Source: Elusimicrobiales bacterium
Lineage (GTDB): Bacteria; Elusimicrobiota; Elusimicrobia; Elusimicrobiales; UBA9959
Direction of reading: 5' to 3'
Length of the DNA: 32,055 nt
NCBI GenBank assembly: GCA_049972095.1
Contig: JBMFKQ010000018.1
Span: 1-32,055, forward strand
Part shown: positions 1 to 10,882 of the stretch, one piece after another
Numbering within the stretch: the first letter of the stretch is position 1
Layout of the letters: every line of letters begins with the position of its first letter
Made by a program: the position numbers and the translations under genes
The notes under the pieces: model-generated
The model's database searches: none
What the model saw: the letters and a program-made list of their open reading frames with translations, nothing else
What the model was told of the DNA's origin: nothing

Positions 1-1
1 A

Positions 2-388
2 TGTCAGATGATAAAAGATTTAACCGGTGCAATCATTGTTACTACACCTCAGGATATTGCCCTGCTTGATTCAAGAAAGTGTGTTCATTTTCTAAGACAA
101 CTCTCAACACCGATTTTCGGCATCTTAGAGAATATGAGTGGTTTTATCTGTCCACACTGTGGTAAAGAAATAGATATTTTTAAAACCGGAGGTGGTGAAA
201 AGGCAGCAAGGGAACTAGGAATTCCATTTTTGGGCAGAATTCCATTGGACCCACATATAGTGGAAAGCACGGACAATGGTAAACCCATCGTTGAGGCATA
301 TCCGAATTCAGAATCCGCAAAGGTCTTAATGAACATCTGTAAATTAATAGATGGAAGGGTCAGGGCTAAAGATTCCGATGCAAAATAG
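2..388 (+). CDS. mrp: Mrp/NBP35 (ApbC) Fe-S cluster carrier ATPase, C-terminal part; 5' end lies outside the window
   Basis: Motifs [27 protein letters not shown] (CPxC), GGGEKAA and FLGRIPLD. The frame is open back to base 2 (TGT CAG ATG), so the ATG at 8 is internal. Confidence 0.92.
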   Translation, partial: CQMIKDLTGAIIVTTPQDIALLDSRKCVHFLRQLSTPIFGILENMSGFICPHCGKEIDIFKTGGGEKAARELGIPFLGRIPLDPHIVESTDNGKPIVEAYPNSESAKVLMNICKLIDGRVRAKDSDAK

Positions 389-392
389 AACC

Positions 393-720
393 TGTCAAGT
401 CATAAATAAATGTTACCGAACTAAGGTATTGTGCTGTCATAATTAATGTTAGCATAGTTAGCTTTCTTTTTTAGTAATTTTTCCACACTTTGAAGTATTT
501 CTTTTTGCTTTAAATAATTTGTGTTTTTTATTATTCTCTTGCTTTGGTTTTGCCATATTATTTCAAGTTTTTTGTTTATTGTTGATATAAGTTCAAAGGG
601 GTTGATATTATTTTTTAATTCAAGCATTTTTTTAATTTCAATGTTGTTTGGTTGTATTTCAATTAATCTTTTGATTGGTGTTTTAGGTTGTGTTGACTTC
701 TTTGAGGTAAATTTGTAATA
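393..720 (-). mobile_element. Remnant of an IS element: 3' end of an rve/IS481-like transposase plus a probable terminal repeat
   Basis: The frame of the 421..627 minus ORF is open upstream to 747 and reads ...KKSTQPKTPIKRLIEIQPNNIEIKKMLELKNNINPFELISTINKKL. This resembles the PKTPxxRL...NPFEL C-terminus I recall for rve integrase-type transposases. It ends next to TGTCAAGTCATAAATAAATGTTACCG (393-418), which has a TGT terminus. No DDE core and no partner repeat are visible. Confidence 0.55.
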
Positions 721-721
721 T
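693..721 (+). promoter_or_regulatory. Putative sigma70 promoter for gdhA
   Basis: TTGACT (693-698), 17-nt spacer, TAATAT (716-721). Strong RBS AGGAGG at 773-778 before the ATG at 785. Confidence 0.5.
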
Positions 722-729
722 AGAAGGAG

Positions 730-756
730 GAGTATTAATATACGATGTTAATACTC
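730..756. promoter_or_regulatory. Inverted repeat (operator or leader hairpin) in the gdhA leader
   Basis: GAGTATTAATA-TACGA-TGTTAATACTC: 11-bp arms, 10 Watson-Crick pairs plus one T/G. Confidence 0.45.
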
Positions 757-766
757 ATCAAAATAA

Positions 767-2155
<1,389 letters not shown>

Positions 2156-2168
2156 AAAGTTCATATTT

Positions 2169-2210
2169 ACCCCGGAATATTCTTTTTTGTGGTATCCGGG
2201 GTTTTTTATT
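2169..2210 (+). terminator. Probable intrinsic terminator after gdhA
   Basis: ACCCCGGA (2169-2176) pairs with TCCGGGGT (2195-2202) and is followed by a T-run. The loop is rather long (18 nt). Confidence 0.65.
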
Positions 2211-2228
2211 TATTGTGAGGTTTTTTAG

Positions 2229-5108
2229 ATGGAAATAAAGGGGAGTGAGATATTTGAAAAGTTAATGCCTTGGCGTGTAAAAAGCATACTTATTGTTGCT
2301 TCTCTTTATGATTCGTTTATGTTTATAGATGATAATATGTTTCTTGATAGTCTTGGTTATTATGCAAGGGACGGGATTGAAATAGAGAAAGCAAAAAATA
2401 CTGATGATGCTATTAAAATACTTCAACAAAAAAAGTTTGATATTGTAATCTCTGTTATCCAGACTGCTGAGTTTGATATGGAGTTGTTTGTTAGAGAGGT
2501 TAAAGAGAAACATTCTACACATCTTGTTATACTCTCATTCAGCATGCAGGATATCTCAGCTCTCAGTGATTATGTTAGAAATAGTGCTGACTACATATTT
2601 CTCTGGCAAGGGGATACAAGAATTTTTTCATCAATAATAAATTTGATAGAGGACTCAAACAATCTTGAACACGACCTTTCCCTTGGTGTTCAGTGTGTTA
2701 TGCTTGTTGAGGATAATATAAGGTTTTATTCCATGTATCTTCCGGTTATATATAATGAGATGATAAAACAGATGCAGCTTGTTATGGCAGATGATATGAG
2801 CTCATCCAGAAGGATGATGAGAATGAGGGCAAGACCAAAGATTGTTCTTTTAAATAACTATGATGATGCATGGCTGTTTTTTGAAAGATATAAAAATAAT
2901 TTGCTTGGAATAATAACTGATGTTGAGTATCCTATGTCAGAGGTTTCTGATGAAAAGGCAGGTGTTATACTTGCAAAAAGGGTTAAATCCGATATTCCTG
3001 ATATGCCTGTTTTGATACAATCATCAAACCAGATTTATGAGAAAAAAGCAATTGAAATTGGAGCTTCATTCTTGAACAAAAATTCTCAAGATCTTTCAAG
3101 GCAGCTTAGATCTTTTATCACCAGGTATTTTGGTTTTGGAGATTTTATTTTTGATGATGGAAATGGGAAAGAGATAGCACGAGCAAGTGATCTTCAATCT
3201 ATGATAAAGATTCTCAGAACTATACCTGAAAAATCTCTTCTCTATCATGCTTCACGAAATCATTTTTCAAAGTGGCTTCTTGCAAGAACTGAATTTGAGA
3301 TAGCATATAAGATAAGACCAAAGAAAATAGAGGAGTTTTCAAGTCCGGCTGAGATAAGAAATTATCTCATAGAAACTATTCATCAGTTCATATACACTAC
3401 ACATTTGGGAGTTATTCTCAGATATGACCGCAACAGACACTCTTTTGACATACCTTTTGCTAAAATTGGAAGTGGTTCTGTTGGTGGGAAGGCAAGAGGG
3501 CTTGCATTTCTTAATTATCTTATAGGTAGAGGACTTATTCCCGATGAGATTGATTGTGTAAAGATAAAAACCCCAAACTCTGTTGTTGTTGCAAGTGATG
3601 TTTTTGATTTTTTTATAGAACATAACAACCTTGATGAATTTGTTCTTAGAGAATATTCAGAAGAGGAATTAGTCTCAATTTTTTTGAATGTGAATCTTCC
3701 AGATTATGCTGCTAGGGATATATTATCTCTTGTTGATAAAATAAATGGACCCATTGCTGTTAGATCATCATCTATACTTGAAGATTCAAAAAACTACCCT
3801 TTTGCTGGTGTGTATAAGACATATCTGCTTCCACATCTTGACAGAAAGATCGATAATTATAGTCTTATTGAAAAGGCTATAAAACTTATATATGCATCGG
3901 TTTTTTCAAAGGAGGCAAGGGAGTTGAAAAGGATGAACCCAACAATCCCTGAAGAGGAAAAGATGTCTGTGATAATTCAGGAGGTTGTTGGCAGCCAGCA
4001 TGTGAGCGGTTATCATTTCCCACTTATATCAGGAGTTCTTCAGTCATACAATTTTTATCCTGTATATCCATTAAAAGCCGAGGATCCTATTGCTCATATA
4101 GCATGCGGTCTTGGTGAGATTGTTGTAAGTGGTAGGTATTTTCTGAGATATTCCCCTTCAAATCCTTCAGTTATTCATCAGTTTTCAAGTGTTTCCGATA
4201 TACTTGATAACTCTCAGAAGAAGATTGTAGCTGTTTCACTTGATAAAAAAACGGATATTTTCTATTCTGGATGCTCAAGTGTGAAGGAGATAAATGTGGA
4301 TAATCTTGTTCCATCTGATGATATGAGTAGGCTTTATTCGACATACCGAATTGATGATGACAGGGTAGTTGATGGATATAGCACTGATGGAATACCTCTT
4401 TTAACTATGCTTCCTTTCATAAAAGAAAACACAGCTATAAATAAAGTTATGTGTGAGATAGTTAAAAGGGTTGCCGATTATATGGGGAGCAATGTTGAAA
4501 TTGAGTTTGCTGTTGATAAAAAGGATCATTTTCTTGAGTTTTATCTTCTTCAGGTCAGAAATCTCAACTCAAAGTTTTCTACCAGGAAATACACTTTTAA
4601 TGAAGAAGAATATATAGAAATAATTCATTCTCAAAAAACAGTTGGTAATAGCTTTATAAACAATATCTATGATATTGTCTTTGTCAAGAAAGAAAATTTT
4701 AGCAATCTTTTAACACCTGATATAGCATTAGAGATATCAGCGGTGAATATGAGGTTTAAAAGTGAAGGTAAAAATTATATACTCATAGGACCGGGAAGAT
4801 GGGGTACAAGTGATAGGTATCTTGGAATACCAGTTAAATGGAATGATATATCAATGTCAAGGATGATAGCAGAGCTCAGTTTTGAAGATTTTAATATTGA
4901 GCCATCTTATGGCACACATTTCTTTCATAACATAATTGCAATGAACATTCCATATTTCACTATTTCATCAAGTGATATTTCATGGGACAGAATCTATGAG
5001 ATGGAAACACTTTATGAAGGTAGGTATATAAAGCATGTTAGATCAAAAACTCCTTTGGTTATTGTTGCTCAGGACGGTAAGGGAGGTGTTTTTGCTAAAA
5101 TAACATAG
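2229..5108 (+). CDS. Receiver-domain + PPDK_N (PEP synthase/pyruvate phosphate dikinase N-terminal ATP-grasp) protein; lacks the PEP/pyruvate TIM-barrel
   Basis: REC-like segments (VMLVEDN...IITDVEYP...PDMPVLIQSS...FLNK). PPDK_N motifs VGGKARGL, IAVRSSSILEDS..PFAGVYKT, VIIQEVV, GLGEIVVSG and VEIEFAV...FYLLQVR. C-terminal GPGRWG...EPSYGTHFF. Confidence 0.85.
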   Translation: MEIKGSEIFEKLMPWRVKSILIVASLYDSFMFIDDNMFLDSLGYYARDGIEIEKAKNTDDAIKILQQKKFDIVISVIQTAEFDMELFVREVKEKHSTHLVILSFSMQDISALSDYVRNSADYIFLWQGDTRIFSSIINLIEDSNNLEHDLSLGVQCVMLVEDNIRFYSMYLPVIYNEMIKQMQLVMADDMSSSRRMMRMRARPKIVLLNNYDDAWLFFERYKNNLLGIITDVEYPMSEVSDEKAGVILAKRVKSDIPDMPVLIQSSNQIYEKKAIEIGASFLNKNSQDLSRQLRSFITRYFGFGDFIFDDGNGKEIARASDLQSMIKILRTIPEKSLLYHASRNHFSKWLLARTEFEIAYKIRPKKIEEFSSPAEIRNYLIETIHQFIYTTHLGVILRYDRNRHSFDIPFAKIGSGSVGGKARGLAFLNYLIGRGLIPDEIDCVKIKTPNSVVVASDVFDFFIEHNNLDEFVLREYSEEELVSIFLNVNLPDYAARDILSLVDKINGPIAVRSSSILEDSKNYPFAGVYKTYLLPHLDRKIDNYSLIEKAIKLIYASVFSKEARELKRMNPTIPEEEKMSVIIQEVVGSQHVSGYHFPLISGVLQSYNFYPVYPLKAEDPIAHIACGLGEIVVSGRYFLRYSPSNPSVIHQFSSVSDILDNSQKKIVAVSLDKKTDIFYSGCSSVKEINVDNLVPSDDMSRLYSTYRIDDDRVVDGYSTDGIPLLTMLPFIKENTAINKVMCEIVKRVADYMGSNVEIEFAVDKKDHFLEFYLLQVRNLNSKFSTRKYTFNEEEYIEIIHSQKTVGNSFINNIYDIVFVKKENFSNLLTPDIALEISAVNMRFKSEGKNYILIGPGRWGTSDRYLGIPVKWNDISMSRMIAELSFEDFNIEPSYGTHFFHNIIAMNIPYFTISSSDISWDRIYEMETLYEGRYIKHVRSKTPLVIVAQDGKGGVFAKIT

Positions 5109-5110
5109 AT

Positions 5111-6124
5111 ATGAGGTTTAAGGTTGATAAATCCCATAGATATTTTCTTAAGAAAACTGCCAGGAGTCTTAACCTGAGTTTTTCTATTTTGCCTGCTTAT
5201 GTGAGATTTATGCTTTCATATGGGTATCTTATAGCAAGGGCAATGGATAGTGTTGTTGATGAGAGTGATGCCGAGCCTAAGGTTAAAAGAATTTTTCTTG
5301 AGTCAGTTAAAAATATGATCTGTGGAGGGAAAAGAAGTATTGAAGGTAGTTTAAAGAGTTCAGCTATAAGTGGTCTTAAAGGTGATGAGAGGGATCTTGT
5401 TCTTAGCATTGATGATATTGTAGGTTATCTTCTTTCAAATATTACAGCTCAAGATATTTACTGTGTAAAAAAACTCATTAATGGAATTTTTGAGGGGATG
5501 ATGATAGATCTTGAAATGGAAAGAGATGATGGATGTATATCAGATATGAAAACGCTTGATAGATACACATCACTTATAGGTGGTATTCCTGCACTTTACT
5601 GGTATGATGTTTATACAAACTATAGATCTGATATCTTTAGAGATAATCTTTATTCAACTGCATATAAAATAGGCAAGGCACTTCAGTATGTTAATATACT
5701 TAGGGATATGGGAAATGATATAAAAAAAGGAAGATGCTATGTCCCTGCTCAATATCTTAAAGAAAAAAATCTTACTCTTGAGGATTTAAAAAAGCCTGCT
5801 AATCTTGTCAAGATAAAAGACTTTATAAGATCCATTATAATTATTAGTGTTGATTATTTGGATAAATCTGAAAAGTTTATATCATCAATTGATATCAGTG
5901 AACTGACAATGCGTATTTCTGTTGTGTGGCCTATTTATTGGGCAATGGATACTCTTTATCTTGTATGGCAAAATAACCCACTTGCCTCAAAGGTTAAGAT
6001 ATCAAGTCTTGCTATCTACAAAACGCTTTTAAAATCTCCACTTCTGCTTTCTAATTCATTCTTCTGTCAGGGATATAGATTTAGACGTGAAGTTCTTATG
6101 CTTTCTATTAATTCTCAAAGTTAG
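5111..6124 (+). CDS. Squalene/phytoene synthase family protein (head-to-head prenyltransferase)
   Basis: ARSLNLSFSILP, YLIARAMDSVVD (first Asp-rich motif) and GKALQYVNILRDMGNDIKKGRCYVP (second motif). Confidence 0.85.
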   Translation: MRFKVDKSHRYFLKKTARSLNLSFSILPAYVRFMLSYGYLIARAMDSVVDESDAEPKVKRIFLESVKNMICGGKRSIEGSLKSSAISGLKGDERDLVLSIDDIVGYLLSNITAQDIYCVKKLINGIFEGMMIDLEMERDDGCISDMKTLDRYTSLIGGIPALYWYDVYTNYRSDIFRDNLYSTAYKIGKALQYVNILRDMGNDIKKGRCYVPAQYLKEKNLTLEDLKKPANLVKIKDFIRSIIIISVDYLDKSEKFISSIDISELTMRISVVWPIYWAMDTLYLVWQNNPLASKVKISSLAIYKTLLKSPLLLSNSFFCQGYRFRREVLMLSINSQS

Positions 6125-6178
6125 CTTTTTGTATAATATAGATTAATAGAGTTTTTTGAAAACACTATTAGATTGTTT

Positions 6179-7801
6179 ATGAGAGTAGTAGTATTTGTGA
6201 TATTTAGTATTTTGCCGCTTTTTGGCGAGGTGTATAAGGTTGGAGATTATGTTTTTGATTTTGATTCAGGATGGAGTTCTGTGAAGGGAAGTGACCCAAA
6301 CTCATTGCTGAGAATTGAAAAAGGGTCAGTGTATGCTGAGTTTATAAAATTAGAGGATGAGCTATCAGACTTTTACATAAAATCAAGAATTGAACAGCAG
6401 AGGCAGCAGGTAGAGGCTAATGCTATAAAAACCTCTGCTGTTAAGACTGCTGATATACACTCAAAGTCAAAAGCATATTATTTTACATACTTAGATAAAA
6501 GAGAAAGCACAGTTGCACTTTTTACCTATGAAGGAATTACATATTCATTTATTTCTGATGGGATATCAGAGGATGTTTTTAAAAAACTTATATTCACATT
6601 CAGAAAAGAGGGTGAGGTTATAGAGATACCAAAACCAAAGCCTAAACCGAAACACAAAAAAGTATCAGCTAAAAAGATAGAAGAGACTAACCTTGACTAT
6701 ATATCAATAGCTGATAATATAATTGCCTCTGGGACTTATCTTATTGACACATCACAACCAACAACTTCTGAGATTCTTGCCTCAAGTAAGACGGTAGAGA
6801 TTGAAAATATCATACCTCAGATTTCAACACCATCACCTATTAAGATAGAAGAGCAAGTTCAAAGAAAAAGCCTTGCGGACAGACTAACTGAATATCTTAT
6901 AACAAACCGAGCACGAAATAAGATGATTTTAAATCGAAAACCAATCCCCCCATATATTGGGCTTTCTATTATGGTTTGTTATGTTCTTTTGTGTATTTTT
7001 TTAAGAACAAAGCTGAACTACTCAAATTTAAAACTTAAGCCTTATCCAAAAGATCTTCCTGCAGATTTTCTCTTTCCTTTTATAATAACTCGTCTTTCAA
7101 CATCCAGTGAAACCCTTTATCAGATAGTAACAAGGACAGGACAGTTCCTTTCAGCTTCATTCCAACATACCTACAGAAGATATTTTCCTAAAGCCATTGT
7201 ATGGTTTTTAGTTTTTCATATTCTTTGGAGTTTAAGTATATTTTTTGATGAGAAACTTTTTGAGAATATTTTTCTTTCACTTCCTTTTGGAAACTATCTT
7301 CTGTCATTTATAGAAATTCCCTTTATTGCAGCATATCTATTTACTCTCTATCATAAAAATATCTCGACTCCGAAGCTTGTTGTGAAGGACTCTCAGATGA
7401 ACGATATCTCAAGTGTTATTATTTCGCAGGGTTATTTTATAGTGAAAGATGCAAAAGGGAAGGATTGCCTAAGGGTTAAGAAGGTTGGTTTGTGGAAGAG
7501 AAAATTTGTTTTTATAGATGAGGATAATCGGCAGTTTATGGAGGTGAGGGATTATTATCCTCAGATATGGAAATGGGTCAGATTGCTTGGTAATTTTATA
7601 TTAAAAAAGAGATGTTATTATTCAATTCACAATGAGAAAGGTGATATGATTGGTTTTCTTTTTCTTGATCCATCAAATTTTAATTCTTATCAGATTCATT
7701 TTGACTTTGATTATATGAGGTTAGTAAATTCGATTCAACTTGTTGCATCAATTCTAATGATAATATCAACTGAAAGAGAGGAAAACATTTTGGTTCTTTG
7801 A
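6179..7801 (+). CDS. Hypothetical multi-domain membrane protein: signal peptide, extracytoplasmic domain, PK- and S/T-rich linker, about 3 TM helices, C-terminal scramblase/LURP-one-like beta domain
   Basis: Long ORF (TTG 6173, ATG 6179 preferred). Hydrophobic N-terminus, PKPKPKPK, three hydrophobic segments, and a C-terminal run of beta-strands ending in a hydrophobic helix (SIQLVASILMII). Confidence 0.75.
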   Translation: MRVVVFVIFSILPLFGEVYKVGDYVFDFDSGWSSVKGSDPNSLLRIEKGSVYAEFIKLEDELSDFYIKSRIEQQRQQVEANAIKTSAVKTADIHSKSKAYYFTYLDKRESTVALFTYEGITYSFISDGISEDVFKKLIFTFRKEGEVIEIPKPKPKPKHKKVSAKKIEETNLDYISIADNIIASGTYLIDTSQPTTSEILASSKTVEIENIIPQISTPSPIKIEEQVQRKSLADRLTEYLITNRARNKMILNRKPIPPYIGLSIMVCYVLLCIFLRTKLNYSNLKLKPYPKDLPADFLFPFIITRLSTSSETLYQIVTRTGQFLSASFQHTYRRYFPKAIVWFLVFHILWSLSIFFDEKLFENIFLSLPFGNYLLSFIEIPFIAAYLFTLYHKNISTPKLVVKDSQMNDISSVIISQGYFIVKDAKGKDCLRVKKVGLWKRKFVFIDEDNRQFMEVRDYYPQIWKWVRLLGNFILKKRCYYSIHNEKGDMIGFLFLDPSNFNSYQIHFDFDYMRLVNSIQLVASILMIISTEREENILVL

Positions 7802-7802
7802 T

Positions 7803-8525
7803 ATGCCAAAATATGTCTATGGCACAAACACTGTGAGGGAAATCCTTGAAAAATCAAAAAGGAAGATGTACCGTTTGATAGTTGAAAATTCAAGTGCATC
7901 AAAACTTATGGATATAATAAAGCTTGCAAATAAAAGGATGATCCCAGTTCAATTTGCGCCTCCCAAACTTCTCAATAAACTTGTAAAAGATGCAAATCAT
8001 CAGGGTGTTGTTGTTGAGATAGATGAGGTTAGATTTTATTCAGTGGATGAGGTGATTTCAAGTGATGCTGGGGTTAAGAATCTTTGCTATATTGCTGTTG
8101 ATGGTGTAGTTGATCCTCAGAATTTTGCAGGTATAATAAGAACTGCGGTGTGTCTTGGCTTTTCCGCGCTAATATTTTCTCAAGACAGAAACTGCCAAAT
8201 AACCCCTACGGTTGAAAAGGTTGCCTGTGGTGCTGTTGAGATGATAAGATTCGTAAGAGTTGTTAATTTAAATACAACCTTGGATTATCTTAAAGACAAG
8301 GGTTTCTGGATATATGCAGCTGATGTTTCAGGAAAAGATGTAAGGAAAGTTAATTTTAATTTCCCTGTTGTTCTTGTTGTTGGTTCAGAAGGGAAAGGGA
8401 TAAGGGTTAAGACACTTGAGAGGTGTGATGAGATAGTTGCAATACCCCAGGTAAAAGAGTTTGACAGCCTCAATGTTTCTGTTGCATCAGCAATTCTAAT
8501 GTATGAGATAAGGAGAAGATTTTAG
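7803..8525 (+). CDS. rlmB: 23S rRNA (Gm2251)-2'-O-methyltransferase, SpoU/TrmH family
   Basis: VYGTNTVRE, NHQGVV, DGVVDPQNFAGIIRTA, LVVGSEGKGIR and DSLNVSVASAILMYE. Confidence 0.92.
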   Translation: MPKYVYGTNTVREILEKSKRKMYRLIVENSSASKLMDIIKLANKRMIPVQFAPPKLLNKLVKDANHQGVVVEIDEVRFYSVDEVISSDAGVKNLCYIAVDGVVDPQNFAGIIRTAVCLGFSALIFSQDRNCQITPTVEKVACGAVEMIRFVRVVNLNTTLDYLKDKGFWIYAADVSGKDVRKVNFNFPVVLVVGSEGKGIRVKTLERCDEIVAIPQVKEFDSLNVSVASAILMYEIRRRF

Positions 8526-8550
8526 AATCTAAAAAAAGTAAAATATACTT

Positions 8551-9090
8551 ATGCATAAGGATCTAAAAGAGATACTTTTATCATCATCGCAGATAGAAAA
8601 AAGGGTTAAAGAGTTGGGTGAGTTAATAACCAAAGATTATAGAGATAAAAAACTGCTTCTAGTAGGAGTGCTTAAGGGTTGTTTTGTATTTCTTTCTGAT
8701 CTGGTTAGGAATATAAAGATTGATGTAAGCGTTGATTTCATAATGGTATCATCATATGAAGGAATGCAGTCAAGTGGGATTGTAAGGATACTCCTTGATC
8801 TAAAACAATCAGTTGAGGGGAAGGATGTTTTGATAGTTGAGGATATTGTGGATAGTGGTCTTACTATGAGCTATCTTCTTAAAAACATAAGAACAAGAAA
8901 TCCATCATCAGTTGAGATATGCACTCTTCTCAATAAACCCTCATGCAGAAAGATAAGGTTAAATCTTAAATATATTGGCTTTGATATACCTGATAGGTTT
9001 GTAGTTGGATATGGACTTGATTACCATGAATATTACAGAAATCTACCCTATATAGGGGTACTTAAGGATGAGGTATATGAAAAGAAATAA
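8551..9090 (+). CDS. hpt: Hypoxanthine phosphoribosyltransferase
   Basis: VGVLKGCFVFLSDL, PRPP motif VLIVEDIVDSGLT, FVVGYGLDY...YRNLPYIG. Classic position upstream of ftsH. Confidence 0.96.
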   Translation: MHKDLKEILLSSSQIEKRVKELGELITKDYRDKKLLLVGVLKGCFVFLSDLVRNIKIDVSVDFIMVSSYEGMQSSGIVRILLDLKQSVEGKDVLIVEDIVDSGLTMSYLLKNIRTRNPSSVEICTLLNKPSCRKIRLNLKYIGFDIPDRFVVGYGLDYHEYYRNLPYIGVLKDEVYEKK

Positions 9091-10882
9091 TACTTTGAGA
9101 CAGATAGTTGTATGGTTTTTGTTTTTTATTCTTCTTGCCACGGTTTATAATGCGGTTATGATCTCTCGGGATGAGAAGGAGATAGCATATTCTGAGTTTA
9201 AATCCCAGATTAAATCTGGGAAAGTAAAAAAGGTTTATATATCAAACGATATGATAAAAGGTGAGATTGAGGATGAAGGTAAAAAAATAAGATTTAAAAC
9301 AATCCCCCTTCATGATCCGGAGCTTGTCAAGGAGATGGAAGATGCTGGAATAAAATTTTCAGGTGTTGCTGACAAGGGTTGGATAACAACAATCATTCTA
9401 AATATTGGCTGGATACTTCTTTTTATACTTGCATGGTGGTTTATATTTTTCAGACAAGCAAATATTACAGGTAAACAGGCGATAAATTTTGCAAGATCAC
9501 GAGCAAGGCAGGTTGACCCAAGAAAAAACAGGGTTACATTCAAGGATGTTGCCGGCTGTGATGAGGCAAAAGAAGAGCTTATGGATATTGTAGACTATCT
9601 TAAAAATCCAGATAAATACAGGACCTTAGGGGGTGTTCTTCCAAAGGGGGTTTTGCTTTATGGGGCACCTGGCACAGGGAAAACTCTGCTTGCAAGGGCT
9701 GTTGCAGGTGAGGCAGGAGTTAATTTTTTTAGTGCAAGTGGATCTGAATTTGTTGAGATGTTTGTTGGAGTTGGGGCTGCAAGGGTAAGGGATCTTTTTG
9801 AGAGAGCAAAAAGGAACTCTCCTGCTATAATATTTATGGATGAGCTTGATGCTGTTGGAAGGTATAGGTTTGCAGGGATAGGCGGTGGTCATGACGAAAG
9901 AGAACAGACTTTGAATCAGCTTCTTATAGAGCTTGATGGCTTTGAAACCAAAGAAGGAATAATACTTATAGCTGCAACTAACAGACCAGATGTGCTTGAT
10001 CCTGCTCTTCTAAGGCCTGGCAGGTTTGATAGAAGGATTCATGTGCCTGTGCCTGATATTAAGGGAAGATATGAAATACTGAAGGTCCATGCTGCTAAAA
10101 TAAAGATTTCTCCGAGGGTTGATCTTAATATAATAGCTCAAAGAACCCCAGGTTTTGCAGGTGCAGACCTTGCCAATATAATAAATGAGTCTGCTATAGT
10201 AGCTGCAAAGAAGAATAAGAAAGAGGTTGAGATGGAGGATATAGAGGAAGCAATAGAAAAGCAGATAGCAGGCCCACAAAGGAAAAGCAGGATAATATCA
10301 GAGAAGGAGAAAAGGATAATAGCGTATCATGAGGCAGGTCATGCACTTGTTGCAAAGATGATTAATGGGGGTGATCCTGTTCATAAGATATCTATAATTC
10401 CAAGAGGTCCTGCACTCGGATACACACTTCAGCTGCCACGGGAGGATAAATATCTTCTGTCAAAAACAGATATACTTTTAAAACTATCAGTTTTGCTTGC
10501 AGGAAGGGCAACTGAAGAGGTTATATTTGGTGAGATTACAACAGGTGCTCAGGATGATCTTGCTAAAGCTACTGTGTATGCGCAGAGGATGGTTATGGAA
10601 TATGGTATGAGCGATAAGATAGGTCCCATCTCTTTGAAAAAGGAAGAAAATGAGGTTTTTCTTGGAAGGGATATAGTTAAACAACATCACTATTCAGACT
10701 CAACAGCCAGAAGTATAGATGAGGAGATAAAAAGAATTGTAAATGAGAGTTATGCAAAGGCAAAATCTGTTATTATTGAAAATAAAATCTTGCTTGATAG
10801 AATAGCTGAGGTTCTAATGAAGAAGGAAACAATATCAGGTGAAGAGCTTGATATGTTAATAAAAGGTGAAGGCACAAGTTAA
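9077..10882 (+). CDS. ftsH: ATP-dependent zinc metalloprotease FtsH
   Basis: Two TM helices, Walker A GAPGTGKT, Walker [31 protein letters not shown] and HEAGH. Start is 9068 or, more likely, 9077. Confidence 0.97.
   Translation: MKRNNTLRQIVVWFLFFILLATVYNAVMISRDEKEIAYSEFKSQIKSGKVKKVYISNDMIKGEIEDEGKKIRFKTIPLHDPELVKEMEDAGIKFSGVADKGWITTIILNIGWILLFILAWWFIFFRQANITGKQAINFARSRARQVDPRKNRVTFKDVAGCDEAKEELMDIVDYLKNPDKYRTLGGVLPKGVLLYGAPGTGKTLLARAVAGEAGVNFFSASGSEFVEMFVGVGAARVRDLFERAKRNSPAIIFMDELDAVGRYRFAGIGGGHDEREQTLNQLLIELDGFETKEGIILIAATNRPDVLDPALLRPGRFDRRIHVPVPDIKGRYEILKVHAAKIKISPRVDLNIIAQRTPGFAGADLANIINESAIVAAKKNKKEVEMEDIEEAIEKQIAGPQRKSRIISEKEKRIIAYHEAGHALVAKMINGGDPVHKISIIPRGPALGYTLQLPREDKYLLSKTDILLKLSVLLAGRATEEVIFGEITTGAQDDLAKATVYAQRMVMEYGMSDKIGPISLKKEENEVFLGRDIVKQHHYSDSTARSIDEEIKRIVNESYAKAKSVIIENKILLDRIAEVLMKKETISGEELDMLIKGEGTS

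Noticed and set aside
521..718. 65-aa hydrophobic + strand ORF
   Set aside because: It is the antisense shadow of the K/N/I-rich transposase-like frame, which explains the T-rich hydrophobic codons. It has no RBS.
2229..5108. Calling the 959-aa protein ppsA/ppdK
   Set aside because: It has no C-terminal PEP/pyruvate-binding barrel and no canonical TSHAAI motif, so no gene symbol was given.
6627..6655. CCAAAA-like short repeats
   Set aside because: Imperfect at DNA level and simply encode the PKPKPKPK linker. Not a contingency repeat.
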